From Tubulanus polymorphus (lineage: Eukaryota > Animalia > Nemertea): a stretch of 64,000 bases of DNA. The notes beneath the pieces are model-generated. The model saw only the letters and a list, made by a program, of their open reading frames with translations. It searched no databases and was not told where the DNA came from. The position numbers and the translations under genes were made by a program. Below are positions 30,401-41,200 of this stretch, piece by piece; within the stretch, counting starts at the first letter, position 1, and each line of letters begins with the position of its first letter. The stretch is taken from positions 496,001 to 560,000 of the forward strand of contig NC_134029.1 of the NCBI RefSeq assembly GCF_964204645.1. Direction: 5' to 3'.

Positions 30401-32572
30401 TTTGTGATGTTAAAGGAAAATCATCAGTACATGAAAGGCAATGATAGATACGAAGGATATCTGATAGACATGCTACAAGAGATTGCTGATATTATAGGAT
30501 TTCAATACGAGTTGTACGAAGTTCCTGATGGTAAATTTGGCAGCAAAGACGACAATGGAAACTGGAATGGAATCGTACAAGAGTTAATTACTGGAGTGAG
30601 TATGCAACATTTACATACACATAAATTTGGCTTTTGTTGGTAAAAATGGTATCAATTCAAGTTCATCTCTACCGCGGTGGCTGTAACCTTCGATCAATCA
30701 TCTCTTGGAATAATCATTCACCCCAAAGTTACTTACAGCAAAAATAAAGAGCTACAGGTCAAAATATATTCGCTGCGAGTAGGGTTCGAACCTACGCGGG
30801 AAGATCCCATTAGATTTCTAGTCTAACGCCTTAACCACTCGGCCATCGCAGCTTGTTGACCACTTGCCAAAGTTACCCATTTTGAACGTATTGACATGGC
30901 CACAGCTTGCGACATAGCGAATGGATTCGAAATTCGAGAGTGCGAATACTTGAAACAATCTCGTACGGCTCTCTCTTGTAATCCTGGCACAATTCATTGA
31001 ATAATATTTTCATATATTTCAGAACGCGACTATGTCTTTAGCTACGATGTCGATCTCAGTAGAGCGAGAACAGACGATCGACTTTACGAAACCGTTCGAG
31101 GATTTATACATTACGATCCTGTTACGTCGACCACAGAAAGAAAATTATCTTCTGCAGTTTCTAGATCCGTTACATTATCTAGTTTGGATACTGATTCTGG
31201 TGGCTTTGGTCGCAACGAGCGTTCTTATGCTTATCATTGATAAACTTGTGCCGAACAACGAGAACGACCCGGACGGACCCAGATACAATCTGAAGGAGAG
31301 CTTATGGTTCTTTTATGGTTCGTTGGTACAGGCCGGTGCGGAGACGACTCCTAAAACCTATTCCGGAAGGGTTCTAGGAAGTGCGTGGTGGTTCTTCTCG
31401 CTTATACTTATTTCATCGTACACGGCGAATCTTGCCGCATTTCTTACCGTCATCAAAATTTCGAGTCCGATCAAAGAAATTCCTGATCTTGGAAATCAAA
31501 ATAAAATCCGTTACGGCACGGTTAAGAACAGTCGCACGGCTGACTTCTTCAAGAAGTCAAACTCGGAGATTCTGCGAAAAATGTGGATCCAAATGTCGCA
31601 GGTTTATCCGGATAGTATGGTCGAGAATAGTAACGCTGGAATCGAGAAAGTACTCGATGAGAATTATGCATTTCTGTGGGATCTACCTGTGAATATGTAC
31701 ACGGCTACTAAACTATGTGATACTATGGTGGTCGGTGGTCCATTCGATAGGAAGCATTACGGTATAGGGGTACCTCGTGGCGCCGCCTATCGGGATGACC
31801 TTACTATGGCCATCTTGAAGCTGAATGAACGCGGCAAACTCAGCACTTTGAAGAAAAAGTAAGATTTTATCAATTGAGAGTTCGAATGTTTGGTTTTCGT
31901 CGGCATGTGTCATGTCTATCAGGCCAACAATTATGAAGAAAAACTAAGAGAGAGGTGACGTTTCGACTCAATTTAATGAGCCAATTCTTAAAAACATTTT
32001 TAAAACAGTTCTGAAAATAGCTCATCGAATTGACTCGAAGCTTCACTACTCCTCTTTAGGTTTTTCTTCATAATCACCGGTTTCTTCATCAACTCTATTA
32101 TAGACAATTACTAACGTGTCAACATTTACGATGTTTGTCTAAATTCTTGGAATTTTGATGTTATTTTTCACAGATGGTGGAGTACAAGTAAATGCGGCGA
32201 CCCGCGAGCAATAGAGTCAAGTAGTACAACTACAGAACTAGAAATAGGAAACGTTGCCGGTGTTTTTATCGTGTTGGCTTGTGGCGTTACGTTAGCGTTA
32301 CTTATATCATTGTTAGAACGAGCATTCTTACGTCTACGTCGCCAACGTAAACGCGGCAAAGATGGCGGAAAGATTAGTCCAACGAAATCAGTAAGTTTCA
32401 GTCCTGGTACATCAGACACCACTAAGGTTCTCGGTGATTTCTAGAGATGATCACTGATGTTCTTTATTCTAAATTTCAGAGTAAACTAATGAAAAGAACA
32501 ACTTCGTCTGATAGCGAGAATTACGTTACTGATATCTACGGAAATCTAATACCGCATGAAACTACTCTGTAA
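24491..32572 (+). CDS. Ionotropic glutamate receptor paralog 1 (delta/AKDF-like, with ATD)
   Basis: Signal exon 24491-24592; ATD exons about 25815-29995; S1 30392-30596; large exon 31023-31858 (YGSLVQAG, SYTANLAAF, YGTVKNSRT, FLWD); M4 exon 32174-32391; last exon 32480-32572 ending ETTL. Confidence 0.9.
25363..25436 (-). tRNA. tRNA-Ile(AAT) variant, in iGluR1 intron 1
   Basis: 74 nt, AAT anticodon. D-loop TC and T-stem GTGGG/CCCAC variant. Confidence 0.93.
28190..28263 (+). tRNA. tRNA-Ile(AAT), in iGluR1 intron
   Basis: Identical to 12882-12955. Confidence 0.95.
30771..30852 (-). tRNA. tRNA-Ser(AGA), in iGluR1 intron
   Basis: Same body as the CGA/TGA genes; anticodon arm TTAGA-CTAGAAA-TCTAA. 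Confidence 0.93.
31930..32074. mobile_element. Inverted pair of Penelope-type hammerhead-like ends (second family)
   Basis: Minus-strand left arm ...GGCTCA-TTAAAT-TGAGTC-GAAACGTC...TTTTTCTTCATAAT mirrors plus-strand right arm CTGAAAATAGCTCA-TCGAAT-TGACTC-GAAGC...TTTTTCTTCATAAT. Confidence 0.55.
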
Positions 32573-35275
32573 AGAATACCATCGACCATAACAACAACAT
32601 TAAGGACCAATACATAGTACATATCTACGGAGAAATTGATATTTGTGATGTGAATGACATTCTGTCTGACCCAGTTTATCGAGTATTTTGTTTCTATGAC
32701 GTTGTATCTGCCTATATTGTGCTATATTGTTAATACCTCTTACGGAAATCTACTACCCAAATCAGATTGATTGATATTCGAAATGCGGACGTTCGATGTA
32801 CATTCTGTGAGATAAATCTGATTGATTGATATTCAAGGTACATTTTGTGAGATTAACCTTTTTGAGATACAAACTGAGATAATAGTGATCGGTTTTAAAA
32901 CTTCAAACCAACGTTTCCTAATCAACCAGGATCTAATTTCACAGTTGTCGGTAAGAATTCGATTCTACAACAGTTACAACATTGGAAATGAGCAATTCTT
33001 TACTTAAACTTTACTAACGTCAAACTCAACCGACATCTGTGGAAACTAAGTCCGCAGTATTTGGTCAGGGGAGGTGACCTATATACATCTTTATTGCGTG
33101 TGTATTTAATTATTTTATAATAAATGTGAATAAATTATGTTCTTGTATCTTTGTGAATGTGTTTTGTAGTAAATTGAATGTTGAAATTTCTAAATAAATT
33201 AACATAAATCAAATCTTTCATGTTACTAGTTTAATTTCAATCTCTGAACAAACTCTACTATGGCCCTTTCCACAGCGGATAACCAAAATAAAGGCTTCTT
33301 TTGCAAACTACATTTGGTCCAAGAAAAGCCTGTTGGTCTCATGATAGTCCTAAAATCAATGGATAACAATTAGTTCCTTCCACGAGTCTGAACTGAAGAA
33401 CTCAAACTTTGGAGTAATATTTATAACATGTAGTAATGTGGAGACGAAGCTTCCGACAGCGTCAGGTGAACTCTTACATGTTATTTCCGGCGATTCCTGA
33501 TGTTGTGTACCCACTGTCAATCCGCGTTCACTGACAATAATCACAATGCAATCACTCCCGGTCATCAAAACTTACCAGTAATTACAACAATTAACAACAC
33601 AAACCTATTACTGGCGATTAGTGGAGTACGTTGTCACAGTCACCAGTGCTTTTAGCTAGATTATGTTAACTCAGCCCGATTCCATCGGGACACTCAGATT
33701 TAGCCAAACTACGACCTAGTAAAACAGTTGCATGACATACAGATAAACAAAGACCTCTATAGATCCAGAAATCCATCAGTTACAATACAATACAATACAA
33801 TCTTTATTAGCATAGGATGATTTAGAAAAAAACTATGAATGATAAGTTTTTAGGTTTTAGCGAATTGCGTTGTCGTAAGTAAGGATCAGTCGATGCTTGT
33901 GCTTGTGCCAGAAAATAATCTTGCAACACTAAACCACGGACTGTCCATGTCTCAACTAAGGAACTGCACCAACAAAGTTTAATGAAGTCCTACAAAGAGG
34001 TCAATTAGTAAAGGTCATTAAGATATCAGGACACTAACGTTGGGAATATTTGTCAATCACAAAGTGTTGTGCACATCTTCATCAACAACACATTAGTGCA
34101 AATCTATAACTGTTTATAAACACTTAAATTATTACGAGAGATTCTACATTCGCAGTGGGACTATCATTGGGTGTCGGGTACTACTAGTAGTCCATTACGC
34201 CTACCTGGGTACGGCTGTTACTACTGAACTGGTTGGATAAATACGTTAATTACTATTTGACAGATGAAAAACCTGTTGACGCAGTAAACAAGTTGACTGT
34301 GGTATAGCAGATGTATTGGTTCTAATGACCCTGAACTTGTCTCTTTTATCCACCATCGATCCAGAAGGATATCTAAACCTTCTGGGATTTGTAGCTGTAA
34401 CTCGACTCTATACGGTTGCTGATGATATGCGACGAACTGATGTTACTCGTATCATCGCGATGACCGATGACGACACGTAACTTCAGGGAATGATTTCCGC
34501 GTTTTGGGATCATCGAGTACCATGTAATCTTATTGCCACAAGGATATCCGTGTTAAAGAAATACTGATCAACGTCACAGGTCGACTTTTTTCTAATTGTG
34601 GGATTTCATATCATCCTCATGAACTATGAATATGTATGACAAATGATCAGGGAAGTAATAGATCACTTATAGTTCACGTATAAAGTTCAACATGAATAAA
34701 ACCCATTTACGACTATTTAATACTAATTTATCACTTAGTCCTATATTAAAAGCCCCCCGAGGGTCGTCATGTTTTCAATTATATCGTCTAATATTTGATG
34801 TTTAACAATAAACGGTCACACAAAATACGGCGCTGTTTTATATGTTTTATAGAGGCGCCGCTAACCCGGTAAATAATGATTAATAGCAGATCATCGACCG
34901 ACTGATACAGTCCGGAATTAGGCCCAGTTCATCGGATAATCATATTAATCCTGGTTTTACTCTAATTGTCGTGGAGTCAGGTAGTCTTGGTAATAGTTAT
35001 TCGACCTCCATTAGTGAATAACTTTTCGAAACTCGATTTACCTAATGTTAGTTCAGGCACTTTTTGCTATTATGTCTACAGTTAGTATTGAATTATTGTT
35101 ACTACTGCTTTTAAGCGAATTCATCCTTTGGGGGTCGAACAAAAATGGTGTCCATTAACAGCAGCCATCTCTAGTGAATCAGTGATATAGAAAAAACAAA
35201 CATCATACTAAATCACAAACTACATACAATGACATGAGGGTGTATTCATTTCTGAGGGCTGAATAATCTTTCAAA

Positions 35276-38200
35276 ATGGCGCCGGCTTCTGTGATATGTT
35301 TAATCGTTATGTTATTTCTTTGTTTTACTGGCAGTTTATCGGCTAATGACGCCATCGATGTGGGTAAGTTTTTTTCCCAGCAATGTTTTCAGGTTTCTTG
35401 ATGTGGCGATGAAGGGTTTGGAAAAACTATACGGGAACTCTTAAAACTTCATTCAGTTAATCTAACCACCAGTAAAGAGATACGCCTACTATTGCCTACT
35501 GGTCATCGATTTTTCATATAATTCAAGGAGAAACAAACTTAGCATATAAGGTTTATATCATCTCTACTGGTGAAGTCATAATACTTTGATAAACTTTGTG
35601 ACTGGTAAGAAATCTAACCCTATAAGTCGTCGACTTTTATGTGGATTTATAAGGCACCATTATTGATTGTAATTTGATTAGGTTTGGTTCAGAGAAGCGG
35701 AAGTGATGTCAAGTTCAGCGGTGATCTGATTGGTCAATTCCGATCATTAGTCGAAGAGGGACAAATTGAAAGTGAAAAGATACGTTTAACTCGCGTGGTA
35801 GTTCACATAGACTGGGGCCTCGAGCGACTCTTACAAGGTAAATAGGGCTTAACAAATTTTCTTCAAACCAAGAAAAGCTTGACGTGTCCAAAACATGATC
35901 ATGAACAATCCCATAATTGATGATATCTGAGTTGTTTATCTATCAAAAAATTTCGAGAAAATCTCGTTGAGAAAAACAGCAATGATTGCACCTTATGGTC
36001 TGTAGACTTAGAAAGACTCGCTATATTTAGCCAAAAAAGAACTATGGTGATCTCTACCTGCAAAACACACCTGATGAGATATCTATTATGGATGGAAAAG
36101 GTTTAGGTTTCCACACGATGAGTGTACGTATGTTTTGTAAGGTTTAGTTGTGACGATGATATCCTCTATTCACATGTAACGGGAGAAGGAAATATTGATT
36201 CTATACGTTTCATCACCGATGTAAACATCATCTCTCATAAATATAAAAGCTGAATTTATCAACCTGATTCAGACTCGATGCTGGCAGATATATCAATGAC
36301 CATTGTAACGAAACAGGGACCTCAAAAAACCCGTCATGATGATACATGATTCCCATCCACAGTAAACACACACACAGGACCAAACACAGTCATCAGTCTG
36401 TGTGCAATATTTATACAGAATGCTGTTAGATTTATCTGAAAGGTCCAATCATTATCAGACAAATACAAGTCCTGAAACACCTTCAGTCACTTGCAATATA
36501 AAATCACACCACAAAAAATGAAAAACGAGACCGAAATGTTTCCTATAGTTAACATTAGTTCAGTGAACATTTCGATTAGTACATCGTAACAGTGATATCT
36601 TTGAGGAAACATGTCACACTTTATTCTACAGGATCTTATATATTTTTACAAAACGGACTCAGATTGTTTCATCAATGTTTTAGGCTCCATCACCCTTTCC
36701 ATTACTTATTCATTATCACTAATATTTTCACGTTCCGACCATGTCCTGATAGTCATCTCCAGTCATACCATAAATATAAGCTCAACGAAACATCATGGAT
36801 TCTGTTTTCATTCTTAGTGCTCAGTAATATCGTTACAACACAGACTATCAGTGTTTCTATCAATGGTTTCTATCACGTTCTGGTTAAATATTATGTAGAT
36901 TTCATTTTCAGTTGTGGACGAAATGTTTGAACAAAACATTAGTTTAATCATAAGCGCAGAATCTGAGAAAAACTATCGCTACATCGCGCAAGAGTTACAG
37001 ATACCGTATTTAGTGTTAAGGGAACCAGTTACTGATGACGTCACTCCGTACATGTACACTATGTCTACTGTACATGCACATGTATTAGGAGAAGCCGCTG
37101 TTGATTTTATCCGCATGAGTAAATGGACAGAAATGACTGTTATCTATTCTGGAATAAAAGGTGATTTTACCAACGTTCCCTTTGACTAACTGGGAACTGT
37201 ATTTTAGACTCAGAGATGGTGATTTCTTCTTTAAAGGTCTGCAGATATTCGGTATATTGAGGACACATCTATTCGACTTGGACACCGAATACACGGAATA
37301 TGAATGGTTGATGAATTGGTCTTTGTTTAGAGATCGGTTACTGAAATTTCGGCGACAAAACCGTAGATTATTTGTCGTTATTTGCGAAAACGACAACTTA
37401 GAAATAATTCTAAAACAGGTAATAAATAACAGAACTCATCTGAGCAGAAGTGAAAGAAAATCCATGACTATAGGCTGCAGGAACGGCCCTGGGGCCAGGT
37501 GTTTAAAAGACTCAGACACGTGGCTATAAAAATTGAATTATAACCATTGTATTTAGCCGATTGATAACTTGAAACAATTTTGGAGCAAATGCCTCCTGAA
37601 CCAAAATATGTTGTACACGAAAAAACGTAAAATGATTTAAAACCGAATAAACGATTCTTATGATGATTAAGAAAAATTACCGGTTCAAACATTTGACATG
37701 ATATAGAATATTCGAGAATCTGCTATAGTAAAACTTTTGTAATTACTATCAAAACTTTATTTTTTTAGGCGTTAGAAGTGAGTCTTCTCGGGCATGGTTA
37801 TATTTGGCTTTTCATTTCCGAGGTAAGCGTATATGATAACATCGTCAGTAGAAATAACTCCAGTCTGTTGTTTTGACAAAGCTTCGGAATCCATAAAAAT
37901 GTCAGCGTTTTAAACTAATATTGTTCTTTCGATATCGAAGTAGCAATTCGTATTGCCGTCTAAAAGAACTATTAAAATGTCGTGAAGTGTTTGAGTGATA
38001 TTACGAAAGAACGGATTTCCATTAATCTCTGAGAGTCACTTGACGTGCGTAATGTTACTATTTCACTGAGCGTGAAGTAGTTCTTATGTTGAATGGTAAA
38101 AAAACTGAAAGCACTGTAAAAAGTACTGTTGACCTTGCTTGTGTGCGATTATGAAATCTAGAAAATACCAACGCAGAGAATTCCTTGAAATTCCTATACA

Positions 38201-41200
38201 TATACAGACCCCTCAACATATATAGATGTAATTCCTTCCAGACTGGTTTTCATTATTCTGATTGATTATAGCAACACGATATGCTTAGCTCTTATCCTGA
38301 ATTATAACCCAGGCATAAATCTAAGTTCCCTCCAGACCGAACAGATTTTTCGGATGGATCGTAAAAAATAACAAGAAGCTAAGGTTTTATCGTAGGTCTG
38401 AAACCAGTCTGTATTTTAAGCTAATAATTCGAGGCAGGTTTTAATGATAGAAATTCAAATCGTCCAAGTTCATCATATTGTTAAAATATACCGAACCAGA
38501 TGTTTTCAAGCTCTAACTGTCGACCTATTAGACTTCTAATTTTATATGAAGTAATTAATGCAGGTCTCAATTCGTTGACAACGGCCGGTTGACTCAGTAT
38601 ATAAGAATATATAAGTTGTTTTTGAACACGACTATCATATAACACTAAGAGAAGTTATCGGTTAACAATATCACGAAGGACACAGATTGTTTGCACCCAA
38701 TGAGTTGCAACACTTAATCAACCCTTTAGAAAATATCAATTTCAGGGACCAGGCTGTGGGTTTGTTTAATTTCAGGACCAGGCTGTGGGTATGTCTAATT
38801 TCAGGACCAGGCTGTGGGTATGTTAAATTTCAGGACCAGGCTGTGGGTATGTCTAATTACAGGACCAGGCTGTGGGTATGTTTAATTTCAGGATCAGGCT
38901 GTGGGTATGTCTAATTTCAGGACCAGGCTGTAGGTATGTTTAATTACAGGATCCGGCCGTTAGTAGGTTCGACTTCTCCGAATGGTTAGACACCGAAACA
39001 GAGTTTCTACTATTGACAACTAGTTCTTCCACTGACGATCGGATACCGCCTGATACCGAGAATCAAATCTATCGAGATACTCTGATACTTATCAATGATA
39101 CGATCAGTAATGCGCCGACCGACAGGTGTCGCCACAAGAAATGTAACCAACTGGGCAAGAGAATTCTACATTACATGAAGGCAAGGTTTCGCGCGTCTTA
39201 GAGTTGATCAGAATGAAAAAAAAACATAGTGAAACTGAAAACCGAAAACTGATATAGAAAATTCTCTTTTTGCAGACGTTGAAAAATTCTCCGTCGAAAT
39301 CTGCATCATCTACAAAATTGGTGACGTTCGACACTAGACACAGGCGTGATGACGTCACTCTTCACTTTATTGTTCTAACTAAAGAAGCATACAAAAAGGT
39401 AAACGAAATTGAAATCAAAAGTAAAATCAAAAGGAATATTTTAAATGGGGTTAACAGAGAGGGGATATGTTTAGGGGATAGAGTTTATTTATCATGAATG
39501 AATTAATTTAGGCTAGTTGCACAAAGTATGGTTTAGAAGACAAATTTAAGACCATCTTTGTTCTATATATATTTGTTCTAAAAGAACATTCTCAAAATGT
39601 TAGACCACGTTTAGACTATAATTCACGACTGTACAACTAGGGCCTGCAGGATTAAAGAATTCAGCCCCCAAAAAATTGAACCCGGTTTCGATTCCAATAA
39701 AGTAGTTGATCATTTTTCAGATAGGAATCTGGCGTCAGAACGGAGGGAAGTCAATGAATGAAAGACTCGAGTTACACTCGACATCGCTATTCGGTAAAAG
39801 TCATTTACTTGGAAGTAAGAAAAATCCTCTACGCGGACGAAAACTGAAAATTGTTACTTTACTGGTAAGAGTTACTTCAACATCTTTGACCATGATTGCA
39901 TTCATGAAAACATTTAATCATAATTTACTTAATGCATCTGATTGTAGGAATTCATGTAAACATGTATGAAATAAAACATAGAATCTTTTTAATTGTTTGT
40001 CTAATCGTTTTTGCTTTTTATTAGGAATCACCTTTTGTGATGTTAAAGAAAGGACATGAATTTATGTCTGGTAATGATAAATATGAAGGATATCTGATCG
40101 ATTTGATTCATCGTATCTCCGAGAATGTCGGATTTAAATACGAACTTTACGAAGTGGAGGACGGAAATTTCGGTTCTGTCGATAAAAACGGTACCTGGAA
40201 CGGATTAATGGCGGATGTTATCAAGAAGGTAAGCGAAATACCCGGAAAATGGGGATGTAATTTTGGGAATTATGTAGAGAAAATATTGTGAGAGAACGAT
40301 GGAATACTGTTGATCAACAAGCTGTCCTGGTCACCGCAGCTAAGTGGTCACCACAATGATCAGACAAACTTGCGAACTCGACAGGTCACTACTATGGTCT
40401 AGTGGTGAGCACGCTCAGCTGACATGCTGGAGGTAGCTGGTTCGAGTCCTGCTAGGGCGAACTCTTTTATCAGATCGGAGAATCCGTTTGCCTCCAATCG
40501 TACCCTTTTTTTGTTCACGTGACTTTTTGGAGTCTTCGAAACCTCCTTTCTGTCGAGGTGGTGTGATTCGGATTTTGTGTGGAGCCAACCGGAGATTTCG
40601 GACGGAGACTTCGGAGGTCATAATAGAGTACGCCCCTAGGGTTTCCGGCGATGTAGGTTTAGGTTTAGGAATAGAGATTACTGAGGGTCAGGGTTATGCA
40701 CAGAGGCTTAGGTGAATGTATTACCCAATTAGAGAATGCTTTCACTATCGAAATTTTAGTTTTTGAACAACAATTTTTCTTTTCATTATATTTGCAGAAA
40801 GCTCACATGGCATTAGCCTCTATAACCATCACTCGAGCTCGCGAACAAGCAGTAGACTTCACTAAACCGTTCAAAAGTGTCGACATCAATGTATTAATTC
40901 GTCGTCCCAGACACGAGAGTTCATTCCTACAGTTCCTCGAACCGTTTACTCCGGCAGTTTGGATCCTATTTCTGTGCGCCCTCTCCGGGGCTGCGCTCGT
41001 TCAATTCGCTATCGAGAAATTCACTGTCGATGCCGCACGGCAGGGGGAGCCACCAGTTAGTTTAAAGGATAGTCTATGGATGTATTATGCTAGTATCGTA
41101 AGTCAAGATTCGGGTAAATACCCGCAGGCAAACTCATCACGATCGATGACTTGTACCTGGTGGTTTTTTGGTTTGATGATTATTTCCGCTTACACGGCTA

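Noticed and set aside
30771-30852. Amber suppressor tRNA (CTA visible in the loop)
   Set aside because: The 7-nt loop is C-T-AGA-A-A, so the anticodon is AGA (Ser), not CTA.
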